Shown: in pieces, positions 22,070-31,873 of the stretch
How the letters are laid out: each line of letters begins with the position of its first letter
Position numbering within the stretch: the first letter of the stretch is position 1
Source: an uncultured Candidatus Binatia bacterium
Lineage (GTDB): Bacteria > Desulfobacterota > Binatia > UBA9968 > JAJDTQ01
Assembly (NCBI GenBank): GCA_965242525.1
Contig: OZ251459.1
Span: 2,848,001-2,912,000, forward strand
Direction of reading: 5' to 3'
Length of the DNA stretch: 64,000 bases
Program-made: the position numbers and the translations under genes
Notes under the pieces: model-generated
Databases searched by the model: none
Seen by the model: the letters and a program-made list of their open reading frames with translations, nothing else
What the model was told of the DNA's origin: nothing

Positions 22070-22198
22070 ACGACCCCGGGGCGCCGAACCCCCGCGTCTC
22101 CTTGCGGGCGGGACGTCTGCGTTCCCGGGAGGGGCGCATACTCGGACCGGCGCCCGACGCCGGCAGGGTCGGTTCTCTGTCCACCGAGGAACGGCGAC

Positions 22199-23173
22199 TC
22201 AACGCAGGGCGGGCATGACCTCCCGGGCGAAGAGGTCCAGGGACGCCATGGACGCCCGGCGGGAGATCCCCGGAACCGAGAAGCGGCAGATGAGGTGGGT
22301 GAGTCCGAGCTCCTGCCGGAAGCGCGCGATCTCCCGGACGCAGGCGTCCGGGTCGCCCAGGATGATGCGGTCCTCGGCCAGCCGTTCGATGGTGAGGTCT
22401 CCGGCGGGCCGCTTGACCACGGGGTGCGGCCAGCGGAAGTACATGTCCTCGTAAGCCCGGACGAAGGACGCGCCCGCGGCGGAACGCGCCTCCCCGGTGG
22501 TGTCGGCCACGAACACGTAGCGGAACGCCGCGACCTCGCCCGGTTCCTTGCCCATCTCCGCGCGCGCACGGCGGTACGACGCAGCGCAACTCGACAGCTC
22601 CGCCAGCGCCGCGGACGGCCCGCCCAGCCAGGCGTCGCCGAGGCGCGCGGCCCGCTCGATGGCGGGCGCGGTCCAGGCGCCGAACCAGATGGGCGGGGCC
22701 GGACGCTGCACGGGCCGCGGCCCCACGGTGGCGTCCTCCACGCGGTAATGCCGTCCGTGATGGGTGACGCGGGTCTCGGTCCACAGACGCCGCACAAGGG
22801 CGGCCGCCTCGTCGAGCCGGCTGCCGCGCTGTTTCACCGACAACCCGAAGGCCGCGAACTCCTCGGGGGCGTAACCGGCGCCCACCCCGAGGATGAGGCG
22901 GCCGCCGGAGATCATGTCCACCATGGCCCCTTCCTCGGCCACGCTCACGGGATGGTAGAGCGGCAGCAGCAGCACGCCCGTTCCCAGCGCCACGCGCCGG
23001 GTGCGGGCGGCGACGGCGGCAAGTCCGACGAGCGGCGCGGGATAGAGGACGGGGTTGTTGTGGTGCTCGCCCAGCCAGACCGAATCGAACCCCGCGGCTT
23101 CCGCCCGCTCGCATTCCAGGATGGTCTCCTCGAAGCTCTCCGTGCCCTGCAAGGGGCTCAGTCCCAGTTTCAT
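22199..23173 (-). CDS. LLM-class flavin-dependent oxidoreductase
   Basis: AEAAGFDSVWLGEHH, LGTGVLLLPLYHP, SGGRLILGVGAGY. Confidence 0.9.
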   Translation of the reverse strand: MKLGLSPLQGTESFEETILECERAEAAGFDSVWLGEHHNNPVLYPAPLVGLAAVAARTRRVALGTGVLLLPLYHPVSVAEEGAMVDMISGGRLILGVGAGYAPEEFAAFGLSVKQRGSRLDEAAALVRRLWTETRVTHHGRHYRVEDATVGPRPVQRPAPPIWFGAWTAPAIERAARLGDAWLGGPSAALAELSSCAASYRRARAEMGKEPGEVAAFRYVFVADTTGEARSAAGASFVRAYEDMYFRWPHPVVKRPAGDLTIERLAEDRIILGDPDACVREIARFRQELGLTHLICRFSVPGISRRASMASLDLFAREVMPALR

Positions 23174-23341
23174 GTCACGGTCCATCCCCTGCCGCGGCCC
23201 CGGAGCCCGGCCCACGGTACCCGGCGGTCCGGCCAAGCGCACACCGTACCCGGCGCGCCCCGGAATCGCGGCTCACGGCTGTCCGCGGCCAATCGAAGCC
23301 GGTCGTCGTCGATGGCGGAGTATTTCGTCCCGGCCCCGGAA

Positions 23342-23866
23342 TCACGGCTGTCCGCGGCCAACCGTCTCCACGTAGCGCCGCAGCACATACAAGCCGTCCG
23401 GCGTGAACGGCCGGGCGGCCGCCTGCTCCAGGACCTCGTCGATGGCCATGAAGGCGCCGCTCTCCACTTCCTCTTCCTGCAGCGTGACCGGGCCGTCGTA
23501 CACGCACCGGTAGGCCGCGCCCCAGACCCGGTTGTGGGCGTCCGCGTAGTAGAACTCGAACAGGTCCCGGAGCGGGACGCCGCGAATGCCCATCTCCTCC
23601 TCCAACTCGCGCAGGGCTCCCTCCATGAAGGTCTCGCCGGCGAGCACCACGCCGCCGGCCGCAGGGTCGTAGTATCCGGGGAACACGTCCTTGGTGCGGG
23701 TGCGCTTCTGCACGAAGACCCGGCCGCGGGAATCGAACACCAGGACGTAGGTAGCGCGGTGCGGCAGCCGCCGCGCGCGCATCTCCCGTCGGGCCGCAGA
23801 GCCCACCACGCGGTTGCGCTCGTCCACGATGGCCACGATCTCGTCGGCCGGGTCCACGTGCGCCAA
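23342..23866 (-). CDS. NUDIX hydrolase (YfcD/IDI-like); start approximate
   Basis: HRATYVLVF, QKRTRTKDVFPG, Nudix box GGVVLAGETFMEGALRELEEEMG. Confidence 0.88.
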   Translation of the reverse strand: MAHVDPADEIVAIVDERNRVVGSAARREMRARRLPHRATYVLVFDSRGRVFVQKRTRTKDVFPGYYDPAAGGVVLAGETFMEGALRELEEEMGIRGVPLRDLFEFYYADAHNRVWGAAYRCVYDGPVTLQEEEVESGAFMAIDEVLEQAAARPFTPDGLYVLRRYVETVGRGQP

Positions 23867-23973
23867 GTTACTGGCCCGGCCGACGGGTGTCAACCCGCGG
23901 AGCGCGGCGGACGGCCCGATGCCCGCCGGGAAACGTCTGGACAACCGAGACATGGGGAGGCATGTTTGGCGTC

Positions 23974-24106
23974 GCGGACGCCCCACTCCGTCATTCCCGC
24001 GAAAGCATGTCCTCGCGGAAGCGGGGGCGGGAATCCACTTTTCTCGACTTCGTTGTCAAAATGGATGGATTCCCGCTTTCGCGGGAATGACGGAGTAGGC
24101 GTCTGC
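23974..24106. repeat. REP doublet, family 2 (inverted CGTCATTCCCGCGAAAGCGGGAATCC pair, short spacer)
   Basis: GCGGACGCCCCACTCCGTCATTCCCGCGAAAGC[ATGTCCTCGCGGAAGCGGGG insert]...GGGAATCCA ... TGGATTCCCGCTTTCGCGGGAATGACGGAGTAGGCGTCTGC. Confidence 0.85.
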
Positions 24107-24180
24107 GGAGCAACGACGGCGTGGTCCCTGTCGCTCCCCTCTCCCTCCTGTCTTGCCCGCACGAAATCCGGAAGCGCCGG

Positions 24181-25041
24181 TCAGAACAACGTCAGCACGA
24201 CGCCTCCGGCACAGATCAGCACCGCGCCCAGGACCGCCTTGGACGTGACGCGCTCCTGGCCCTTCAGCAGGAGGTGGGTGAAAGTCACCGAGAACAGCGG
24301 CGTGGTGGCGATCAGCGGGTCCACCAGCACCACGTCTCCGAGACTCAGCGACGTCATGTACGAAGTGATGCCGCAGCTCGTCACCACCCCCGACAGTCCG
24401 AACCAGAGCAGCGTGCCCCGGTTGACCGCCACGTCGCGGTAGCCCCGGCCCGCGGCCAGGTAGAGGACCAGGCCGCCGAGACTCCCGATCAACGTCAGGC
24501 AGACGGCCAGGGGCACCGAGGTCAACAGCAGATAGCCGTACTTGCGGATGGGGCTGGCAATGCCTCCCAGGACCGCAGCGCCCACCGCGAACAGCAGGTC
24601 GCGCTTGCGGAAGTCCGTGAGCGCCTGCCGGTCGCGCATTCCCAGGACCGTGGCCCCCAGGATGATCATGACCGTGCCGCTGGCCACCGCCACGGTCCAC
24701 TGCTCGCCGAGCCACATCACCGCCAGTAGGCCGGCGAACAACGGCGAGATGTTCCGCAGCGGCGACGCCCGGGCCACGCCCACGCGGGAGATGGCCGCGT
24801 AGAACAGGAACTGGGTGGTGAGCGGCGCCACCGCCCCGGCCAGCGTGAACCATCCGAAGGCCGGCAGCGTCGTCTGCTCCCACGCCGCCTGCGGCCCCAT
24901 GACCGACAGCAGCACCGCGGCCATGGTGGCGATGTTGAAGGTGATGGCGGTGGTGGGCGACCCGGTGCGCAGTCCGTAACGCACCAGGATGTGGGCCAGG
25001 CCGAAGCAGAAGGCGGCTCCCAAAGCGGTCAGTATCGCCAT
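24181..25041 (-). CDS. DMT/EamA-family transporter
   Basis: About 10 TM segments in two repeats; ISPLFAGLLAVMWLGE, TTPLFSV. Confidence 0.88.
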   Translation of the reverse strand: MAILTALGAAFCFGLAHILVRYGLRTGSPTTAITFNIATMAAVLLSVMGPQAAWEQTTLPAFGWFTLAGAVAPLTTQFLFYAAISRVGVARASPLRNISPLFAGLLAVMWLGEQWTVAVASGTVMIILGATVLGMRDRQALTDFRKRDLLFAVGAAVLGGIASPIRKYGYLLLTSVPLAVCLTLIGSLGGLVLYLAAGRGYRDVAVNRGTLLWFGLSGVVTSCGITSYMTSLSLGDVVLVDPLIATTPLFSVTFTHLLLKGQERVTSKAVLGAVLICAGGVVLTLF

Positions 25042-25136
25042 GTACGGGCTCGATCCACGACGCCCCCGGGAGACGCGGCGCTCCGGGCGGGACGCGGCGG
25101 CAAGCGGGACCGGGAGGCCGTGTGAGACCGCGACCA

Positions 25137-25279
25137 GGAACGTCTCGTCAATTCCGGCTTGGACTCCCTCTCCCTGTGGGAAAGCGCGTCCTTCGACTTC
25201 GCTACGCTACGCTCAGGACGAACGGAGGACTCCGCTTCGCTACAACCAGGATGAACGGGGGTGATCGTTCAGGGTTTCC
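25137..25279 (+). mobile_element. MITE family 1 copy
   Basis: ACCA|GGAACGTCTCGTCAATT ... GATCGTTCAGGGTTTCC|ACTA. Confidence 0.78.
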
Positions 25280-25374
25280 ACTATACAATACCCGCCCGGG
25301 ATAGGCTAATGTGTCCCCGCGGACCCGGGCCGACGCGGCCCCGCCGCAAGTCCCGCGGGGAAGGAGAACAAGGC

Positions 25375-26370
25375 ATGACCTACGACGACCGCAGCGTCAA
25401 ACCCATGAGCTCGAGCCTGTTGCGCGCGCAGATCGGGACCAAGCTCCTGGCCGGCCTCTACGACACGGTTCCCACGCTCATGACCAGCGCCGTCCGGCTC
25501 TCGGTGGAGCTGCCCGGCGCTGCCGCCCCCTCCGCGGGCCCGCCCTTCGCCTTCCACATGGCCATCAGCCCCGCCTGGTGCAGCGGGGTCCGGGGCGCCC
25601 GCCTGGTGGGCCGGGGCAAGATCGACATCGGCTGGCTCAACCCCTCGGTCATCGCCTCCATGGCGTTCCACGGGCGCGGCCCCTTCCGCCGACCGCTGCC
25701 GTTGCGCGCCCTGGCAGTGTTCCCCTCCAACGACCGGCTGGTGGTGGCGGTGGCCCGCAAGTTCGGCGTCCGCTCCATGGACGAGCTCCGGCGCCAACGG
25801 CCCGCCCTCCGGGTCTCGGTGGCGGACAACGACTGCGTGAACTTCGCCATCAACGCGGCGCTGCGAGCCCACGGCATGAGCCTCGAGACCTTCGAGGAGT
25901 GGGGCGGCGTGGTGGAGCCGGTGGTGCGGCCCAGCAACCCGCGGCGCCTGGAAGGGATCGCCTCCGGCCGCGTGGACGCGGTCATCGACGAAGGGCTGCC
26001 GTCCTGGGCCAAGGCCGCGGTGGAGCAGGAAATGGCGTTCCTGCACTTCTCCGACAAGGCCCTGTCACGGCTCGACCGCTACGGCTTCAGCCGGGCGCCC
26101 CTGGACGGCCCGCTGTTCGACGGCAAGCTGGGCGAGCCGGTGACCGCGGTGGACTACAGCGGCTGGCCCATCGTCACCCACGCCGACCTGCCGGAAGAGC
26201 TGGCCTACCACATCGTCCAGGTCGTCGAGCAGATGCGCGAGAACGTCTCCTACGACACGCCCGGGGTACCGCCCATGACGCAGTTCTGCACGGACACTCC
26301 GGACGGGCCGCTGGACCTGCCCCTGCACCCCGGCGCCGAGCGCTACTACCGGGAGAAGGGCTACCTGTGA
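25375..26370 (+). CDS. TAXI-like solute-binding-fold protein lacking a signal peptide
   Basis: AAGGAG RBS; LRALAVFP, DLPEELAYHIV, LPLHPGAERYYREKGYL; no hydrophobic N-terminus. Confidence 0.8.
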   Translation: MTYDDRSVKPMSSSLLRAQIGTKLLAGLYDTVPTLMTSAVRLSVELPGAAAPSAGPPFAFHMAISPAWCSGVRGARLVGRGKIDIGWLNPSVIASMAFHGRGPFRRPLPLRALAVFPSNDRLVVAVARKFGVRSMDELRRQRPALRVSVADNDCVNFAINAALRAHGMSLETFEEWGGVVEPVVRPSNPRRLEGIASGRVDAVIDEGLPSWAKAAVEQEMAFLHFSDKALSRLDRYGFSRAPLDGPLFDGKLGEPVTAVDYSGWPIVTHADLPEELAYHIVQVVEQMRENVSYDTPGVPPMTQFCTDTPDGPLDLPLHPGAERYYREKGYL

Positions 26371-26396
26371 CGCGCTTCCCGATCCGTGCGCCTTGC

Positions 26397-26594
26397 GGAA
26401 CCTCTGGACAATCGAGACATCCGGGACGGATTCCCCCACCCTGACCGCCTATCCCCGTTCGTCCTGAGCGCAGCGAAGCGAATGCCTCCGCTCGTCCTGG
26501 TCGTAGCGTAGCGGAATCCTCCGTTCGTCCTGAGCGTAGCGAAGCGGAGTCGAAGGACGCGCTCATGCCCCTGTCCAGATCGTTCGGGGGCTCC
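26397..26594 (-). mobile_element. MITE family 1 copy with three core units
   Basis: TTGC|GGAACCTCTGGACAAT ... GATCGTTCGGGGGCTCC|TTAC. Confidence 0.72.
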
Positions 26595-28310
26595 TTACGC
26601 CGAGCAGATGACGTTGATCACGGCCTGGCGCTGCTCCACCTGCACCGCCTTGAGGCCGCGCTCCAGCGCGGGCATGAGGTCGGCCGGGTCCTCCACCCGC
26701 TCGCCGTAGCCGTCGGCCACCTCCACCGCCTTCTCGTACTTGTCCACGCCGTCGAGCATGGTGATGGGCGGGTGGTCGCTCCGGGCCGCGTGTCCGTCCG
26801 GGTTGAGCCCCACGGTGGCCCGGCGCACGGCTTGCCAGCGCCGGTTGTTGAAGATGACGGTGAGGACGGGAAGCTGCTGCTCGGCGCCCACGTAGTGGCT
26901 GGCGATGGGGTTGCCGAACATGTAGGAGCCGTCGCCGTGGGTGCCGATGACCAGCCGGTCGCGGGCCGCGAGCTTGGCCCCCAGGGCGACCCCGAGGCCG
27001 TGGCCCAGGCCCGAAGCGGCGCCGGCGTTCAGGAGCGTGCCCGGCCGGGTGACGTCCAGGTGGGAGGACGCGAGCGGCGACTCTTTCACCACGATGGCGT
27101 CGTCGCCCTTGAGCCGGTTGATGCAATGGGTGACCCACACGGGATGCAGCGGCTTGTCGTCCTTCACCTGCTCGAGCTTCGCGGCCCAGCCGTCGCGCTG
27201 CCGCCGCCACATGTCCGCCAGGGTCTGCCGGCGCCGGTCGATCTTCGTGCGCACCCGCGCCTCGTGGGCAGCCAGGGCCTCGCCCAGGACCGTGAGACCC
27301 GCGTCGGTGGCGCAGGCGAGGGCGATGTCGCAGGGGTGGCCGCGCAGCGGCACGTAGCTGTGCAGCGGGTCCGCGCCCATGTGGATCACCTTGGCGTCGT
27401 CGCGCACCTCGTCGGTGGCGGGCAGCCACGGCACCGCCACGTCGACGGCCAGGATCACGTCCGCCTGCCCCAGCAGGGGCTGCAGGTCGTACCCCAGGTT
27501 CATGGGATGGTCGGTGGGCAGCGACATGTAGCGGTTGCGGTACTGCACCACGGGGATGGCGCCGCGCTCGGCCAGTTCGGCCAGAGGCCGCCACACCCGC
27601 GGGTTGCGCCCGGCCCAGTTGGTGATGATGAGCGGGTGCTCGGCATCGGCCAGCAGCGCCGCGGCATGGTCCGCGGCCCCGGCGTTAGGGTAGGGGGGCG
27701 CCGAGGCGCGCTGGCGCCCGGGCGACTCGTAGGTGAACTCGTCCATGCGCTCGGCCAGCACCTCCCGGGGCAGGCTCAGATAGACGGGTCCGGTGGGCTC
27801 GCTTTTGGCCACCGCCAGGGCCCGATCGACGATGGTCTCGGTCTGCTTGCCGTTCCGCAGCTCGTAGTCCCACTTGGCCGCCTCGCGCACCATGGCCGCC
27901 TGGTCGAACATCTCCTGGGTCCAGTGGATGTCCAGGCTCCGGTGCCCGGCCAGGCCCTCCTCGTTGGTGGGGGTCCGGCCCGCGGTGAACAGCACGGGGA
28001 TGTTGCCCCGCGCGGCGTTCAGGAACCCGTTCATGCCGTTGGCGGTGCCCACGTTGACGTGCACCATCACCGCCTGGGGCTTGCCCGTCACCAGGTAGTA
28101 GCCGATGGCCATGTGCAGGGCGGTGTTCTCGTGGGGGCAGGTGACCGCCTGGGGCACCCGCGTCTCCAGGTTCTGGGCCTTGGCCAGGGCCTCCACGATG
28201 GGCGCGAAGTCCGTGCCCGCGTTGGCAAAGAAATAATCCACGCCGCGGTCCGCCAAAAGCGCCAGGTAGGCGTCCGCCACGGTCACGTTCAACAGGGTCG
28301 TCTTGGCCAT
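26595..28310 (-). CDS. Thiamine-pyrophosphate-requiring enzyme (acetolactate synthase/decarboxylase-like)
   Basis: FANAGTDFAP, PHENTA, HVNVGTAN, TPP motif GDGSYMF...FNN. Confidence 0.92.
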   Translation of the reverse strand: MAKTTLLNVTVADAYLALLADRGVDYFFANAGTDFAPIVEALAKAQNLETRVPQAVTCPHENTALHMAIGYYLVTGKPQAVMVHVNVGTANGMNGFLNAARGNIPVLFTAGRTPTNEEGLAGHRSLDIHWTQEMFDQAAMVREAAKWDYELRNGKQTETIVDRALAVAKSEPTGPVYLSLPREVLAERMDEFTYESPGRQRASAPPYPNAGAADHAAALLADAEHPLIITNWAGRNPRVWRPLAELAERGAIPVVQYRNRYMSLPTDHPMNLGYDLQPLLGQADVILAVDVAVPWLPATDEVRDDAKVIHMGADPLHSYVPLRGHPCDIALACATDAGLTVLGEALAAHEARVRTKIDRRRQTLADMWRRQRDGWAAKLEQVKDDKPLHPVWVTHCINRLKGDDAIVVKESPLASSHLDVTRPGTLLNAGAASGLGHGLGVALGAKLAARDRLVIGTHGDGSYMFGNPIASHYVGAEQQLPVLTVIFNNRRWQAVRRATVGLNPDGHAARSDHPPITMLDGVDKYEKAVEVADGYGERVEDPADLMPALERGLKAVQVEQRQAVINVICSA

Positions 28311-28588
28311 CTCTCTCCCTTCTTCGTCCAGGGTCCCCTGCTCGTCCAGGGGCTCGGGCGTCGCCTCCCGGTCCGCGGGGCGCCGCCCGCGGCTATTCCT
28401 ATACGACCCGGAAGGCCGCGGTCAACATTCGGCCTCCGCGGTGCTATCATGCCGTTCGCCGCGGGAGAAGATCCGGCGAGGGCGGCGCATCATCGAGTAC
28501 GAGGGCGAGGGGGTTCCCTCCGGCGAGACGAGGTGGTGAAGACGGCCAACGGCGGCAGGGAGTGACGCCGGCGGTTTCCCGTTCCTCC

Positions 28589-30145
28589 ATGCCCATGCCC
28601 CATCCATTCACCGAGCGGGACCGGGAGCAGCTCCGGGAGCGGGGCATCTCGCCCGAGCAGGCCGCGGGTCACTTGGCGGCGTTCGCCGCGGGCGCGCCCC
28701 ATGCTGTGCTGGACCGTCCCTGCACCCGGAACGACGGCATCACGGTGCTCCGGGAAAGCGAACTGGACCGACTGGGCCGGATCGGGGACGAGGCCGCCCG
28801 GGCCGAAAGGCTCCTCAAGTTCGTGCCGGCATCGGGCGCGGCCACACGGATGTTCCAGGAACTCGCCGCGGCCAGGGACCGCCCCCCGGACTTGATGGCG
28901 AGGGTGGCGGAGCTGGAGGGTCTGCCGGAATACCCCGTCCTCCGGGAGTTCATGGACCAAATCGAGCGGTTCGCCTTCCACTCCGACCTGGAGCGGGAGC
29001 TCCGACGCCGCGGCCACCGGCTTCGGGACCTGCGTGACGCGGGGCGGTTCCGGGAAATCCTGGACTGCCTCCTGGACGAGCGAGGACTCGGCTACGGCGC
29101 GCTTCCCAAGGCGGTGGTCCCGTTCCACCGCTACCCCGACCACTGCCGCACGCCGGTGGCCGAGCACTTGGCCCAAGCCCGGTCCTGCGTCCGGGACCGG
29201 AACGGGGGGGTGCGCGTCCATTTCACGGTGTCGCCGGAGCACCGGAGCGCGGTGGAGCGGCACGTAGCCGAGACCTGCCGCGGCTACGAGGACGACGCCA
29301 CCCGTTACGACCTAGCGACGTCGGAGCAGCGGCCCGACACCGACACCCTGGCCGCGGGACCGGACAACCTGCCCTTCCGGCGTCCGGACGGAAGCCTGTT
29401 GCTCCGGCCCGGCGGCCACGGCGCCCTGCTGGCCAACCTGAACGACCTGGCGGCCGACCTGGTGTTCATCCAGAACATCGACAACGTCACCGTGCGTCCC
29501 GCCGCCGCCATCCGCTACCGCAAGGCCCTGGCCGGCTGCCTGGTCGAGACCCAGGCGCGCGCGTTCGAGTACCTGGACGGGCTCCGCCCCGAGGCGGCGC
29601 CGTCGTTCCTGGACGACGTGCTCGACTTCGTCCGCGCCGTTCTGTCGGTGGTCCCGCCCGAAGGCCTGGAGGACGCGCCCCCGGCGGAGCGCGTGCATTT
29701 CCTGCGGGAGACCCTGGACCGTCCCCTCCGGGTCTGCGGGGTGACGCCGTCCGCGGGCGAGCCCGGGGGCGGCCCCTTCTGGGTGAGGGGCGACGACGGC
29801 GCGTGCTCGCTCCAGATCGTCGAGTCCGCGCAGGTGGATATGGCGCAGCCCCGGCAGAGGGAGGCCTTCGCCGCATCCACCCACTTCAACCCCGTGGACA
29901 TGGTGTGCGGCGTCCGGGATCGCCGCGGCAGGCCCTTCGACCTGGCGCGCTTCGCCGACCCGGCCCTCGTGTCCATCTCCTTCAAGTCCGGCTACGGGCG
30001 CAGGCTCAAGGCGCTGGAACTCCCCGGACTCTGGAACGGCGCCATGGCGCGGTGGAACACCCTGTTCGTGGAGATCCCGGGCGAATGCTTCGCCCCGGTG
30101 AAGACCGTGCTGGACCTGCTGCGGCCGGAGCACCAGGGGTCGTGA
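28589..30145 (+). CDS. DUF4301 family protein (nucleotidyltransferase-like); alternative starts 28562/28595
   Basis: KFVPASGAATRMF, RPGGHGALL, FIQNIDNV, GEPGGGPFW, THFNPVD, LKALELPGLWNGAMARWNT. Confidence 0.88.
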   Translation: MPMPHPFTERDREQLRERGISPEQAAGHLAAFAAGAPHAVLDRPCTRNDGITVLRESELDRLGRIGDEAARAERLLKFVPASGAATRMFQELAAARDRPPDLMARVAELEGLPEYPVLREFMDQIERFAFHSDLERELRRRGHRLRDLRDAGRFREILDCLLDERGLGYGALPKAVVPFHRYPDHCRTPVAEHLAQARSCVRDRNGGVRVHFTVSPEHRSAVERHVAETCRGYEDDATRYDLATSEQRPDTDTLAAGPDNLPFRRPDGSLLLRPGGHGALLANLNDLAADLVFIQNIDNVTVRPAAAIRYRKALAGCLVETQARAFEYLDGLRPEAAPSFLDDVLDFVRAVLSVVPPEGLEDAPPAERVHFLRETLDRPLRVCGVTPSAGEPGGGPFWVRGDDGACSLQIVESAQVDMAQPRQREAFAASTHFNPVDMVCGVRDRRGRPFDLARFADPALVSISFKSGYGRRLKALELPGLWNGAMARWNTLFVEIPGECFAPVKTVLDLLRPEHQGS

Positions 30146-30179
30146 ACCCGCCCCGCACGCGGTGGACCCGTCCCGCGGT

Positions 30180-30208
30180 TTGAAATGGCGGCCGTGCAAG
30201 TCTATAGT
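30180..30208 (+). promoter_or_regulatory. sigma70-type promoter upstream of the mrp operon
   Basis: TTGAAA-17 nt-TATAGT. Confidence 0.6.
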
Positions 30209-30410
30209 TCGGAAGCGTCCGGACCGGGCGGACCTCCCCGGCGTAAGGGTCGGCTGATGCAGTTGCCGTCCGGCCCGGGCGGTCCCCGGGCGGGCCGCCC
30301 TTTCGGAGGGATTCGGAGCCGCGTGCGCGGGGAGAGCGGAGGACGACGTCATGTGGGTCTTTGGAACGCGGTTCCGGCGGCGCAACGCCGGCGAGGAGAA
30401 GAGGAAGGAC

Positions 30411-31508
30411 ATGTCCAGCGCCAATCGGGAGTCGGTTCTCGCAGCCTTGAAGACCGTGCAGGATCCGGAGCTGCACAAGGACATCGTGACCCTTGGCATG
30501 GTGAAGGACCTGGAGGTGGCGGACGGCAAAGTGTCGCTGACGGTGGAGCTGACCACGCCGGCGTGCCCCCTCAAGGACAGGATCAAGGGCGACGTGGAGC
30601 AGGCCCTGGCGCCCCTCGGCGTGTCGGAACTCGCCCTGGACTTCGGCGCCCAGGTGCGCGGCAGCAAGACTGGCGCGGGGACCACCGACCTCTTGCCGAG
30701 CGTCAAGAACATCGTGCTGGTGGCGTCCGGCAAGGGCGGGGTGGGCAAATCGACGGTGGCGGCCAACCTGGCGGTGGCCCTCGGGATGCACGGCGCCGCG
30801 GTGGGGCTGCTGGACGCGGACATCTACGGCCCGTCCGCGCCCATACTCATGGGGGTCACCGAGGAGCCGGCCAAGGTCCCCGTGGGCGACGGTTTCAAGC
30901 TCGCGCCTCCGGTGGCCCACGGTATCCCGGTCATGTCCATCGGCTTCTTCCTGGAGCCGGACCAGGCGGTGATCTGGCGCGGACCCATGCTGGGGAAGGC
31001 GCTGCAGCAACTCATGGGCGACGTGCACTGGGGCGAGCTGGACTACCTGGTGGTGGACATGCCTCCGGGCACCGGCGACGTGCAGATCACGTTCTCCCAG
31101 CAACTCAAGTGCAGCGGCGCCCTGCTGGTGGCCACGCCCCAGGACGTGGCCCTGGCGGACGTGGTGCGGGCCAAGTCCATGTTCGACAAGGTCCATATCC
31201 CCATCGTCGGCATGGTCGAGAACATGAGCTACTTCGTGTGCGACGGCTGCGGGAAGCAGCACGAGGTCTTTTCCCGGGGCGGCGCCCGGCGGGCCGCTGA
31301 GAGGTTCGGGATGCCGTTCCTGGGCGAGGTCCCCATGGTGTCGAAGGTGCGCGAGTGGGGCGACAAGGGGGTCCCCATCGTGGCGCAGGAGCCCGGTTCC
31401 GAGACCGCGGAAGCGTTCCTCGACGTGGCCGCGCGGCTGGCGGGCCAACTCTCCGTCGCTTCCGCGGCCACCGACCAGGCGCCCGCCTTGAGGATCGTGA
31501 CGAGTTGA
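30411..31508 (+). CDS. mrp: Mrp/NBP35 (ApbC) Fe-S cluster carrier ATPase
   Basis: ASGKGGVGKST, DADIYGPS, WRGPM, DMPPGTGD, ENMSYFVCDGC. Confidence 0.95.
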   Translation: MSSANRESVLAALKTVQDPELHKDIVTLGMVKDLEVADGKVSLTVELTTPACPLKDRIKGDVEQALAPLGVSELALDFGAQVRGSKTGAGTTDLLPSVKNIVLVASGKGGVGKSTVAANLAVALGMHGAAVGLLDADIYGPSAPILMGVTEEPAKVPVGDGFKLAPPVAHGIPVMSIGFFLEPDQAVIWRGPMLGKALQQLMGDVHWGELDYLVVDMPPGTGDVQITFSQQLKCSGALLVATPQDVALADVVRAKSMFDKVHIPIVGMVENMSYFVCDGCGKQHEVFSRGGARRAAERFGMPFLGEVPMVSKVREWGDKGVPIVAQEPGSETAEAFLDVAARLAGQLSVASAATDQAPALRIVTS

Positions 31509-31551
31509 CCGGGCGCCGGCGCCAAGCGGGAACGACCCTCCGCAACACCCC

Positions 31552-31860
31552 ATGGCCGTCCCCGTAGAGATCAACCACGTCAAGGCCCGGGGCGTCGTCC
31601 GCATCACCTGGAACGACGGGCACACGGGGGAGTACACGAAGGAGTACCTGAGGGGCTACTGCCCCTGCGCCCTGTGCCAGGGGCACGGCGCCTCGGTGGA
31701 GAAGCGTTTCGTGGAGGCGCCCGGGGTGGAACTCGACGCCATCGAGCCGGTGGGCAACTACGCGGTGGAGTTCCGCTGGAGCGACGGCCACGCCACCGGG
31801 ATCTACACTTTCGACTACCTGCGCTCGCTGTGCCCGTGCAGCGAGTGCGGGAAGGGTTGA
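31552..31860 (+). CDS. DUF971 (GBBH-like N-terminal) protein
   Basis: LRGYCPCALCQGH, VGNYAV, WSDGHATGIY. Confidence 0.9.
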   Translation: MAVPVEINHVKARGVVRITWNDGHTGEYTKEYLRGYCPCALCQGHGASVEKRFVEAPGVELDAIEPVGNYAVEFRWSDGHATGIYTFDYLRSLCPCSECGKG

Positions 31861-31873
31861 ACAGGAGGAGAAA

